Below, one piece after another: positions 1 to 11,403 of a stretch of 64,000 bases of DNA. A model generated the notes under the pieces. The model was not told the origin of the DNA. It did no database searches and was given only the letters and a program-made list of their open reading frames with translations. Positions within the stretch are counted from its first letter, which is position 1. Each line of letters begins with the position of its first letter. The stretch spans positions 93,744,001 through 93,808,000 of the forward strand of contig NC_043002.1 in the NCBI RefSeq assembly GCF_006345805.1, in the 5' to 3' direction. The DNA is from Octopus sinensis. Lineage: Eukaryota. Made by a program: the position numbers and the translations under genes.

Positions 1-2410
1 TGGCATGACAGGTGAAAAACTACACTTCGTAGGCGAAATGTAGAGTGATATGACATTTCGAGGAAAAACCTGCAGAGCAAACGTTTTCGTGGTAAAAAAC
101 GCAATCAATTTGTTCGGTGCGAACTGGTTGGAGTTGTTTGACTTATGGGACCTCCCCATAAGTCTGTTCTGTAAAAAATAAACAGCTGTCCCATCAGTGA
201 AAATAACTCAGCAGTTGAATTGAAGAAAATATTAAAAACTTGTCTCCTAAAGTGCTGTCGGATAAATTAGGTCTCTGTTCTAAGATTGAGGCCTGTTTTC
301 AAATAAAGGAAAACGTCGTACCTGCATTCAAACCTAGTAGAAAGGTACCATTTGCTGCGATAAAGCAGATACAGGAAGAATTAGACAGACTGGAGAAATT
401 AGGAATTATTCAAAAAGTAGATTATTCTAAGTGGGCAGCATCATCTGTGTTTATTTAAAAGAAATAGCAAAACCAAGGTGTGTGCCGATTTTTCTACTGG
501 TTTGAATGACTTTAAAAATGTGCCGCTATCTATCGTCTACTCCGGAGGATATATTTGCAAAATTAAATGGTGGCAAAGTATTTTTGAAACTGGATCTATC
601 TGATGCGTGTCTACAAATTAAAGTAGACGAGGAATGCTCGAAGCTTCTAAGAGTGAATACGCATAGAGGATTTTACAAATATAATAGATTGCCATTTGGT
701 CTGAAAGCCGCAATATTTCAACAGGTTATTGATGCAATGTTGGTGGACTGTCAATTTGCAATTCCATACCTCGATGATGTATTAATTAAAAGTGAATCTC
801 ATGATCAGTATGTCGAACATGTGAAATGTGTGTTTCAAAAAATAAGAGATTACGGTTTCAAACTCAGTGAAGAGAAATGTGAATTTTTTTGCCTAAAATT
901 AAATATTTGGGACAAATTATAGATAAAAATGGAAAAGGACCTGACCTGTAGAGGGCAGACGCAATTAAAAATATGCCTCCCCCAACTAACATAGCGACAT
1001 TGTAAGCTTTCCGTGACCGGCCGAACAAAATTACATACCAAACGTGTATGAATTGAGAGCTCCACTTAATAATTTGGTAAAGAAAGACGCCAAATAGAAT
1101 TGGTCAAATAACTGTCAAAGGACTTTTCAGGATATTAAAAAAAATTAATTTCGCATTTGTCGCTGGTTCATTTCGATCCTGCAGCGGAGATTGTTGTAGC
1201 TTCTGACGCTTCTGAATTCGGCGTAGGAGCAATTTTGTTACACAAATATAAAGACGGTAATATGAAGGCGGTGGTTCATGCCTTACCTGCTCTGATTGGA
1301 GCAGAAAAAAATTAAGGTCAGATAAAGAAGCTCTAGCGATTATTTTTGCCGTGAAGAAATTTCACAGATTTCTCCACGGTAGAAGTTTTCGGCTTCAGAC
1401 GGACCACCGGCCGCTACTATCAATTTTCGGATCGAAGAAAAGAATCCCTACCCATACAGCTAACAGATTACAACGTTGGAGGTACAATATTGTCAAATTA
1501 CAACTATAAGATGGAGTACATTCCTTTTAAGAAAATTGGCCATGCGGATTGTTTATCTAGGCTAATTCCGAAGAATGCGGAACCGCTGGAAGATACGGTG
1601 ATAGCCGCATTACAATTAGAAAAGGAAATTAAAAACGTTTTGCGTTATGTCATTCAGGAGTTGCCAGTGACTGTACAAGATATAAAAAGTAAATCAGTGG
1701 ACAAATACATCATAAAAATTAAGGAAACCTTGAAAAATTAACAAAAGAGAAACACGAATGCGAATTATTTTCATTCTACGACGATGCATTAATGTACGCA
1801 CAAAGAGTGGTAGTACCAACTGCACTACAGAAACGGATATTATATGGCTTTCATAGAGGACACCCGGGGACGTCAAGAATGAAAGGTTTGATGAGGAGTT
1901 ATGTGTATTGGCCAATGATGGACTGGAACATTGAAAAATTGGTAAAATCATGTAGCGGTTGTGTGCTAGCTGCCAAGGCACCACCGGTGAAATACCAATC
2001 ATGGCCTGAGACGAATAGTCCGTGGTCCAGGGTACATATAGACGACGCTGGACCAGCGATGGTGCGTACTACTTGATCATTGTTGATAGCTTTATCAGTG
2101 ACCGGAAGTATGTAGGTGCAGCCAACATACTTCTAAGGCAACAATAAAACTCCAGCACGAACTTTTTGCTCAACACGGTATTCTGGACACCAACGTATTG
2201 GACAATGGAGCACAGTTTACAGGATACGAGTTCAAGAAATTCTTCAAAATGCATGAAATCAAGCACATATTTACCCCACTCTACCACCCGAGGAAAATGG
2301 GCAAGCAGAATGATTCGTACATACTTTCAAGCGAGCGCTAAAAAAAGAAGCAAGGAACGCACTAGGAAATGACGAAGCGCTAACTAAATTCTTAAGGGTG
2401 TACAATTCTT
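1..2410 (+). mobile_element. Ty3/Gypsy (Mag/K02A2.6-like) LTR retrotransposon pol relic: protease end, RT, RNase H, integrase; frameshifted
   Basis: Across frames: RT 'LDLSDACLQI...YNRLPFGL...IPYLDDVLI'; RNase H 'VVASDASEFGVGAIL' and 'FRLQTDHRPLLSIF'; integrase Zn finger 'HRGHPGTSRMKGLMRSYVYWP...VKSCSGC' and core 'PWSRVHIDDAGP', 'DNGAQF'. Many stops and frameshifts. Confidence 0.92.
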
Positions 2411-3130
2411 AAGGTAGAATACACTTGCTATATCGTTCCAACCACTTCATGAAAAGCCCCATAGAACTCTTCGAAAATGAAGAAGTCCAAGGTCCTTGTC
2501 ATAGCCTTCTTCATTTTCAAAATGACTGCCCCTGACGCTCTCTTTCAGCTTGGAGAACATTAAAAGAGTCACAGGGAGCAAGGTCTGAACTGTATGGAGG
2601 GTGAGGTCCAGTTTCGATGCCTACTCTCTGGTTACCAGAACGCTCATCACTGAGCGCCCTGGAAACAAACTTTGCACAAATTTTGCGCATGTTTAGATCT
2701 TCGACAACAATTCCGTGTACAGTTGTCACCCCAACTCCGAACGGTGTGCTTATTCTCTCCACAGACATACGACGGTCTTCATCCAGAAAATTGCAATTTT
2801 TCGCAACCAGCTCTGATAACCAGACTTATCCTCCTCTCTACTGTCCTTGACCTTCTTGTCCCAGGTGCGTGGCTTATACAAATTAATCCAGAATCATAAG
2901 TGTCTGTAGCGTTTGTACACAGTATAGCACAACATTTCGTTGTATAGCGAACTACCATAGTGTCTTCATTTCTCGCCTGTTATCCTGCAAACTAGTCAGC
3001 TGTGATTAGTACTAGTGAAGTGTGTTCCTAAGTGCTGTTACAGCCGCCTCTTTCAGTCTGGAATAACAAAAGTTGGCATCTCAGATTATTTAGATGTATT
3101 GAAATGATATACTAAAATTGCAATAATCTA
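2411..3130 (-). mobile_element. Internally deleted mariner transposase relic
   Basis: N-terminus 'RYTTKCCAILCTNATDTY', HTH 'DEDRRMSVERI...EDLNMRKICAKFV' joined almost directly to 'HPPYSSDLAPCD' and C-terminal 'KWLERYSKCI'. Most of the catalytic core is missing. Confidence 0.8.
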
Positions 3131-3235
3131 TGCATACATGAGTGACTTCATTTCCTAGAAAAGTCAAATATCTCATACATACTTATCACTGTATGTATGT
3201 ATATATGCATATATTTATATAATATATATATAATA

Positions 3236-3280
<45 letters not shown>

Positions 3281-3452
3281 CTGTGATGTGTGTGTGTGCG
3301 TGCGTGCGTGTGTGCGTGCGTGTGTGTGTATAGATATATGTATATATATATGTGTGGTGTGTGTGTACATATGCATTCATCTATGTATACATATGTATAT
3401 GCATACATATGCATATACTGTATTATGATATATATATGATATATATATATAG

Positions 3453-3507
<55 letters not shown>

Positions 3508-3619
3508 TTATACACACATGCATAATAACTTTATGGATACACACCCTAATGTGTTTACTTTAATTAATATCACCCTATTCTGGTTTTCAAGTGCACACAC
3601 GCGTGCGCGCACGCATATA

Positions 3620-3931
3620 CCGTATTTGACGGCCCATAAGATGCACGTTTTTTTTTTTACCCCAAAATGGCTTTAAAATCCCCCTGCGTCCATTGCAGCT
3701 CAAAACGGTATGTATTTTTACAAAACGTGTGCTGCCGTCTATTGGTGAACAATCGCCTACGGTATGTTTATATCGAATGTGGATGAAATAAATTGCTTAT
3801 AATAACATACAGTTATACAGGTTAGCGGAGGAATTAAAACATTATTTTAGAGACAATTTATTTTACAAAAGTATAGGCTAGGCTAGGGTGTGTCCTATAC
3901 ACTCGTGCATCTTATAGGCCATCAAATACAG
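3620..3931. mobile_element. Tc1/mariner-pogo-type MITE, 312 bp, 27-bp TIRs, TA TSD
   Basis: CCGTATTTGACGGCCCATAAGATGCAC (3620-3646) matches the reverse complement of 3905-3931 at 24/27. TA on both sides. Confidence 0.8.
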
Positions 3932-3966
<35 letters not shown>

Positions 3967-4434
3967 ATGCGTACAAGCATGCAGATATACATACATATAT
4001 ACATACATATATACAAACATGCATTCATGCATACGAACAGACATATAAACATGCATGCATACACATACATACTACATACATACGTACATACATACATACA
4101 TACATACATACATACATACATACATAGATACATACATACACACGTACGGTTTCAATGGTGATATCTTTTAGATTGTGATAGAAAAAGTTCAGGAGTAGAA
4201 AGGCCCACAAAGAGATTTGTTTGCTGGATATTGGTACAAAATACTGACGCTGTCAGTGGGTGGGTAGGGATGTGGGTTGTCTTATTGAACATCATCACCA
4301 AGGTGGTTGGCATTAGCAGAAACAAATCCTATACCAAAAAGCAAAGCCACTTTCGTTGCAAAAAACTACCAAATAATTGCATGCCAGAAGTTGAAGAACA
4401 TATATAATATATATAGCCATATATAATATATATA

Positions 4435-4596
4435 GGCGCAGGAGTGTGTGTGTGGTAAGTAGCTTGTTTACCAACCACATGGTTCCGGGTTCAGTCCCAC
4501 TGCGTGGCACCTTGGGCAAGTGTCTTCTACTATAGTCTCTGGCCGACCAAAGCCTTGTGAGTGGATTTGGTAGACGGAAACTGAAAGAAGCTCGTC

Positions 4597-4649
<53 letters not shown>

Positions 4650-4879
4650 GCGTGTGTGTGTTTGTGTATCTGTGTTTGTCCCCCTAGCATTGCTTGACAA
4701 CTGATGCTGGTGTGTTTATGTCCCCGTAACTTAGCGGTTCGGCAAAAGAGGCCGATAGAATAAGTACTGGGCTTACAAAAGAATAAATCCCGGGGTCGAG
4801 TTGCTCGATTAAAGGCGGTGCTCCAGCATGGCCGCAGTCAAATGACTGAAACAAGTAAAAGAGTAAAAGAGTAAAAGAG
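4435..4879 (+). mobile_element. tRNA-derived SINE family A, full length, with internal (TA)n/(TG)n tract
   Basis: tRNA-like head with B-box-like GGGTTCAGTCCC, body GGCACCTTGGGCAAGTGTCTTC, TA microsatellite, tail ending GACTGAAACAAG(TAAAAGAG)n. Many homologous copies in the window. Confidence 0.88.
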
Positions 4880-5284
4880 CCTGTATGAATTAATTCTCAA
4901 TGATCATATGATAGCTATAATATCATCATAGCTGAACAAAACCTGAGATGAAAGGCTTTTGGGCACGCGTTGAGCAACTTTTGATTAACAATACTACGTC
5001 AGAGGGCAGTGACATAGGAGGAACTTAGTTCGGCTGAATTTCAAGGAAACGTCAATTCTGTTCCCGACTTGTGGATGTTAGAGTTTCTTCGAATTACTAC
5101 TCTTCCAGGTACCATAATCAAGGCCATAGACAACATGACTTTGCTCTCAGCCACTATTCGCAACTTAAAATACGGGGACTAGTTTTTTAGTCACAGGTGC
5201 CATACAACATCTCTCTTTCTCTCTCTTTTACTCTTTTACTTGTTTCAGTCATGTGACTGTGGCCATGCTGGAGCACCGCCTTTA

Positions 5285-6060
5285 ACATCGCGGAGATATC
5301 TTTCAAGGCGACAGTTTATCTGCGTTGCTGTTTATATTTCTACTAAATCCTTTGTCCTTTTTCTTGAGGAAATTTAGAGAGTAGGTGAAGGGTTCACAGG
5401 AAGACAGAAACACCAACCCGATAGATAGCTTCTTGGTAGACAGCTTGAAAGTATATGCTAAAAATATTTGAATGGTACGAAGAAGAGTATTGAGCTGGTT
5501 ATGATATCTCTAAAAAATACAGAGATGGAGTTTGGCCAGGATAAATATTCCTAATTGATGGTAAAATGAGAAAAATCTACACGCCTGTTTGGCAAGATCT
5601 CTGTCAATAGTCTGACTACTTCTGCAATATCCGACGAGGAATATTACAGGTAATTAAGGATGGACGAAATTCTATCCTATGGTAGCACTTTTAACAAGAA
5701 ACATACAACCAATAGTATAAAACACCCAGATAATATGGTTCTCATAATTATTTGTTTTCAATAAATCATAACCCATAGTATCTTTGCTATACCAATACTC
5801 TTATCAGTATTTGTGCAGCTGGCTTTTACGCTAGACACCTTCTGAGTAATTGATGTTAAGCTAAAAACAACTAGCCAACACTAGAAATTTCCATATTAAC
5901 ACTGATACAGATCACTTCTACTTAAAATGAAAACAAAGTGGCAAGCGCTTAACATCGATTCAAACATCATTTGAATCTCACATTGTATTCCTTTGAAGAC
6001 ATCTACTAACCCGAAAGTGTCAAAGCGCAACCATAGATGAAGCCTGCATACATGAGGTAG
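5285..6060 (+). pseudogene. Highly decayed R4/Dong-like non-LTR RT fragment
   Basis: 'GDIFQGDSLSALLFIFLLNPLSF' (RT QGD motif), then 'FLVDSLKVYAK' (decayed FxDDLKLY) and 'FGQDK'. Confidence 0.55.
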
Positions 6061-6239
6061 ATAACCTCATGTGAATTAGAGGGGAGTTGCATGACTGTCT
6101 GTGAGGAAAAAGTTAGCAGTTGCAGCCAAAGGAAATGGCAGTTGCAGCCTAAGGAAATATCAATTCTTAATGATAATTCTTAATGGAACTGTCTCGGTGC
6201 ATTACTGTTTGTCGTGACCCTCCAGGATAAACTCTTAGT

Positions 6240-6770
6240 TGCAAAGACAACTATTACTTCATTCTATGCGAACGACACGAAAATATCATCAGAAGCAATA
6301 AAGAGCCCCGATGTTGTCGCAAATTTACAACCGCACTTAAATGCAATACAGAAGTGGGTTGAATAAAACAAACAAACACGGAATTTAATCCTAGGAAATT
6401 CGAAATTTGAAATGCTTCGCTGTTCGTTCGCAACCAAGATAAACACGACAAGAGGGTGGGGTTTACGGGGCTTGTGTCGCAGTCAGTGCATAATTTGGGT
6501 GTGAATATAAATAATGACGCATCGTTCCATGCACATAATACTCAGGTGGCAGCAACAATACTTTGGCGATTGGCAGAACGATTTCTTAGAACTTTCAGAA
6601 CCAGAGAAGTTATGAAGCTTTGTAAGAAGTCACGGAGAGAAGATTCGTCAGCAGTCTTCTGGGTTTTTTTCACTCAAATATGATCGCCAACATGTATTAA
6701 ACTAACAAAGGAATCCAAAGCAGTTCAACTTTGCCACTCCCAGAATATTGTCCAATGAGGTTGGTGAAAT
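6240..6770 (+). pseudogene. CR1/L2-like LINE RT 3' fragment
   Basis: 'FYANDTKIS' (FADDTK-like), 'LQPHLNAIQKWVE', 'VHNLGVNINNDASFHAH', 'FLRTFRTRE'. Confidence 0.6.
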
Positions 6771-6807
6771 ACCGGGAGCTCTGAAGAAACAGAAAGCTTC
6801 TTCCCTG

Positions 6808-6839
<32 letters not shown>

Positions 6840-6890
6840 TGTATGTATGTATGTATGTATGTATGTATGTATGTATGTATGTATGTATAT

Positions 6891-7049
6891 GAGAGTGGCT
6901 GTGAGGTAAGTAGCTTGGTTACCAACCACATGGTTCCGGGTTCAGTCCCACTGCGTGGCACCTTGGACAAGTGTCTTCCACTACAGCCTCGGGCCGACCA
7001 AAGCCTCGTGAGTGGATATGCTAGACGGAAGCTGAAAGCAGTCCGTCGT
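6891..7049 (+). mobile_element. SINE family A head
   Basis: Homologous to 4435-4597; lies between (GTAT)n and (TCTA)n tracts. Confidence 0.85.
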
Positions 7050-7106
7050 ATGTATATATATATATATTTGTATGTATGTATATATGAATGCATGTGTGTC
7101 TGTCTG

Positions 7107-7210
<104 letters not shown>

Positions 7211-7251
7211 CCTATCTATCTATACATACATACATATAATATATATTATAT

Positions 7252-7300
<49 letters not shown>

Positions 7301-7303
7301 GCA

Positions 7304-7840
7304 CACGTGATCTGATCAATAAGTATCTGGACTGTTTTATTTGTAAAGAAGCTAAAGCGCGTAGAGTAAAGCCGCTTGGCACATATTGACCTTTAACTCT
7401 TCTGTTTATGCGCACTAAGTTTTAACGTTCTAGCTCACTTCCACTATTTACAGCAATGCTTGGAAGGAAGGTGTGTAACGTGTGATCGTCGCATTGACCA
7501 TGACAGAGAAAGTTGAGCAGAGAATCTGCATCAAATTTTGCCAAAAGCTTAGCGATACCTGCTCAGAGGCCTACGCAAATCTTTCAAAACGTTTTCATCG
7601 TTGTAGACACAATCAAGGACATCTTGTGAAACTGAAACCCGAGTGCCCTTTTGGTTATCTGAAAGCAGTTTTGGTACAAACTTAGCAAGCATACCCAAAT
7701 CTTCAGTGATAATGGACTTAACTGAACCGCAATTAATCTTCACATCCTCAGATGGTGATTCGACGATTTCCTCTCACAGCTGCACGCATATCTGCGATGT
7801 TTTTCTCAGTTCTGCTGGTTGCTGGTCTCCCAGAACAACA
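7304..7840. mobile_element. Mariner relic with internal inversion
   Basis: Plus strand: TIR-like start and 'MTEKVEQRICIKFCQKL...EAY'. From about 7590 the later segment 'SGRPATSRTEKNIADMRAAVRGNRRITI...LAKFVPKLLSDNQK' reads on the minus strand. Confidence 0.75.
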
Positions 7841-7984
7841 TATCTGCACGATCATATACATGCATTTACGTGTATACACTAGTAAAAATCTAATTTTTCT
7901 CATCTTAACACGTGCTTTTTATTCTCAAAATAATCTCGCAACGAATGCAATTTGATCAGGAGCAAAAAATATTTTTTGTTATAT

Positions 7985-8405
7985 AAAATTAAGGATAAAA
8001 CCACTTTAATGATTTTATCAAATGGCCCTCGTGAAACAAATGCCTTGTAGGTAACAATTTATACCTATTTATAAATATATTCTATAATTATATTAAAGGG
8101 TGCAGATAAACCGCACCAACACGCTAGAAATATACGCGACATGGCTCTAAAAACTACAGCTATACTCCGTTAGCACAGATTGTAAGCGGGAAGAGGAAAA
8201 AATGAAAAGATGGTTAATTGTAGATCGATTTCTGGTTTAGAGTTGAAAAAAACCCTTTGCTGTCTTTGAGCCATTTGGCGTTGGTGGGGCTTATCAGCTC
8301 CCTTTAATAAAATTATATGATATAATTATAAATTATTATCTACAAGGTTTTTATTTCACGCTGGCCACTTGATAAAATCATTAAAAGGGTTTTATCCTTA
8401 ATTTT
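7985..8405. repeat. Long inverted repeat with a central TTAA-flanked (Kolobok-like) 207-bp element at 8097-8303
   Basis: Arms 7985-8096 and 8304-8405 are reverse-complementary with scattered mismatches. Inner ends AGGGTGCAGATAAACCGCACCAAC / GTTGGTGGGGCTTATCAGCTCCCT, flanked by TTAA at 8093-8096 and 8304-8307. Confidence 0.7.
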
Positions 8406-8545
8406 GTGCGTTTCGATTCCCAGACCAGGCATTGTGAGTGTTTATTGAGCAAAAACACCTAAGTTACACGAGGCTCCGGCGGGTGGTGGTGGTGAACTCC
8501 GCTGTACTCTTTAACCACAACTTTCTCTCACTCTTTCTTCCTACT
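8406..8545 (+). mobile_element. SINE family C, 5'-truncated fragment
   Basis: Homologous to 15965-16105 (TTTCGATTCC...GTGAGTGTTTATTGAGCAAAAACACC). Confidence 0.7.
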
Positions 8546-8812
8546 TCTGCAACAAAGCAGAGGAACCATGGTGTAACCCACTACGGTGTGATAAGCTTTC
8601 AGACCCTCGTCTAGATGGTTCAGCTTTCCACCCGTTAAAAGCCACCGTTTACGGAATGAGGATAACAACGTAGCTTTCGCGCCCGTGCAACCGCCAGTCT
8701 ATCGCGTGTGGTGGGTGGATCTTCAAGTTACCACACACATTCTTAGTAGCTTAGAGTAGGCTCGAATTAGAGATTATTCTTTGTAGTTAATGGGCGTGAG
8801 TCCTGATTGGAA

Positions 8813-8859
8813 GATGAAGAAGAAGGAAGAAGAAGAGAAGAAGAAAGAAGAAGAAGAAG

Positions 8860-8890
<31 letters not shown>

Positions 8891-9016
8891 GAGAAGAAGA
8901 AGAGAAGAAGAGAAGAAGAAGAGAAGAAGAAGAAGAAGAAAGAAGAAGAAGAAGAGAAGAAGAAGAAGAAGAAGAAGAAGAAGAAGAGAAGAAGAAAGAA
9001 GAAGAAGAAGAAGAAG
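8813..9016 (+). repeat. (GAA)n polypurine tract
   Basis: About 200 bp of almost pure A/G trinucleotide repeat. Confidence 0.95.
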
Positions 9017-9886
9017 ACAGCAGTAGTTATAGCAGCAACTACAACAACAAAACCAATAGCTGCTGGAATTGATGTTGAAAAAGTCTGAAAATACTTCAGG
9101 TTCGTACTCGCCAGACAGCGTAGCAAAATCAGTTGAAGAAGGGATTACCTTCTCTGCATATTTTCGCAGATAGAAAGAAATCTTGAAAGAGAAATGTAAA
9201 ACTTGGTTTGACGAGGATAAAGTACGACTACTTTTAAGAAAGTTATTCCCTGCCGAACACGAAAAATATAGTAATTATATTCTGCCGAAGAAACCAGGTG
9301 AGATTTGTTCCGATGGAACAATCTTCTATCGAAAATTTTCAGTGAAAGAAGTTCCCTGATCAAACTCGCTGGCAATGTTTAGATTTGGTCAAAAAAGGTG
9401 ATGAAGGTTTCGACTCCTTCTCTGGAGTTGTTAACAGAGAGTGTGAAAAATTCAAATTACATGAATTAACACAGGACATGTTCAAATGTTTAATTTTTGT
9501 TCAAGGGCTGACTGCAAGCAAGGTTGCAGATATACGTTCCTGGATATTAACAAAATTAGAACAGGACCAAAATTTAACTCTACAGATAGTAGTAGAAAAA
9601 TACCAGAAGATTATTCATTTAAGACACGACGCAGATAAAATTGAAAAAAAAAAAGACTTCTCTCATATTCATGTGTGTCATCCGATAACAGATAAGAAAA
9701 AAGAGAAAAAATGTCAAGACTGAATCCATGTTATGGGTGCGGTGGTCTACATTTTAAAATAACTGTCCGTTTAAATATATAAAAGTGTATAAAAATCACA
9801 CTGTAAAACAAAATCTAAAAAACGGTTCAACAGAAAAAATCACGTAAACAGGTTATCGGTGACAAGAAATACGAACGAGCCTCAAA
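9017..9886 (+). mobile_element. Ty3/Gypsy (Mag-like) gag relic, cut by the assembly gap
   Basis: 'EEGITFSAYFRR...DKVRLLLRKL..EHEKYSNYILPKKP', 'TRWQCLDLVK', 'FKCLIFVQGL...DIRSWILTKLEQD', CCHC knuckle 'PCYGCGGLHFK..CPF'. Confidence 0.8.
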
Positions 9887-9986
9887 NNNNNNNNNNNNNN
9901 NNNNNNNNNNNNNNNNNNNNNNNNNNNNNNNNNNNNNNNNNNNNNNNNNNNNNNNNNNNNNNNNNNNNNNNNNNNNNNNNNNNNNN
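9887..9986. other. Assembly gap (100 N)
   Basis: Run of exactly 100 N, so the true size is unknown. Confidence 0.99.
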
Positions 9987-10037
9987 CTGATATCAAATGT
10001 TTTGGCGAATGAAATGTCATTATAGCGGTACTGAAAA

Positions 10038-10636
10038 GGCAGCGAGCTGGCAGAATCGTTAGCACGCCTGGCGAAATGCGTAGCCGTATTTCGTCTTGCC
10101 GTTACGTTCTGAGTTCAAACTCCGCCGAGGTCGACTTTGCCTTCATCCTTCGGGGGTCGATAAATTAAGTACCAGTTACGCACTGGGGTCGATATAATCG
10201 ACTTAATCCGTTTGTCTGTCCTTGTTTGTCCTCTCTGTGTTTAGCCCCTTGTGTAGGTAGTAAAGAAATAGGTATTTCGTCCGCCGCTGCGTTCTGAGTT
10301 CAAATTCCGCCGAGGTCGACTTTACCTTTCATCCTTTCGTGGTCGATAAATTAAGTACCAGTTACGGACTGGGGTCGATGTAACCGACTTAATCCCTTTG
10401 CCTGTTCTTGTTTGTCTCCTCTGTGTTTAGCTCCTTGTGGGCAATAAAGATATAAGAATCGTTAGCGGCATTTCGTCCGTCCTTACGTTCTGAGTTCAAA
10501 TTCCGCAGTGCTCGACTTTGCCTTTCATCCTTTCAAGGTCGATAAATCAAGTATCAGTGAAATACTGGGGTCGATGTAATCGACCAAATCCCTCCCCCAA
10601 AATTTCAGGCCTTGTGCGTATAGTAGAAAGGATTAT
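10038..10636 (+). mobile_element. SINE family B trimer (two units with tail 1, last unit with tail 2)
   Basis: Head GGCAGCGAGCTGGCAGAA and B box GAGTTCAAA. Units 10038-10270, 10271-10454 and 10455-10636; the last ends CCCTCCCCCAAAATTTCAGGCCTTGTGC..TAGTAGAAAGG. Confidence 0.85.
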
Positions 10637-11219
10637 AGAGACACTGAATAAACCACCTAGTTTGCCAACATGAAATAAATGAATAAAGAAAATAAAACTA
10701 AAAATAAAGAATTACGGGCGTTAAGCAGACGATGCGGGTTCATTTTCTGGCTTATACATTTCATTTTATAATCATCACATGCGCAAAAAGAAACATCAAA
10801 AACATTAATTGATTAATAGAAAGCTAAGAGCGTTTTTATTTTTGAAGATTTGAAATGTAATTTTTTATCTTGCATCGTTTACTTGTGTTAGTCATTACCT
10901 TCCTGGGGCACCAGCTTTCTGGGTTTGTTTTTTTAAAAGCCCAACCAGTACTTATTTTTGTTGAGTGTGGAACTTATTCTAACAGAGCCTTTTGCCAATC
11001 CGGCAAGTTGGGGATCTAAACAAACCAACACCGGTTCTTAAGCCGTGGTGGGGAACAAACACAAAGGCACACACGCGCGCACGCACATCTTTATGAAGGT
11101 CTTCCACACAGTTTCTACCAAATTCACTTATAAAGTACTGATAAGCCCGGGGCTATAGTAGAAGATAACTTATTTACATTATTTACATTTGGCGGATATT
11201 TGTCATCTTGTTTGTTGTT

Positions 11220-11265
11220 AACACAACGTTTCAGCTGATATATCCTCCAGCCTTCATCAGGTGTC
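11220..11265 (-). ncRNA. Minimal type I hammerhead ribozyme
   Basis: GACAC-CUGAUGA-A-GGCUG(GAGGAUAUAU)CAGCU-GAAA-CG-UU^GUGUU: intact core, 5-bp helix I, 5-bp helix II, palindromic ACGU helix III. Confidence 0.8.
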
Positions 11266-11403
11266 TTGGGGAAATTTCGAACATGGGTTCTCATCCTAAG
11301 GTATTTTCGATTGTTGTTGTTGTTGTGTGTTATATTATTATTGTTGTGTTATTATTATATTATTATTATTATTATATATTCTTATTATTTTATTATTATT
11401 ATC

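Noticed and set aside
8560-8800. 5' LTR and primer-binding site for the gag relic
   Set aside because: No convincing TG...CA boundaries or tRNA-complementary PBS found.
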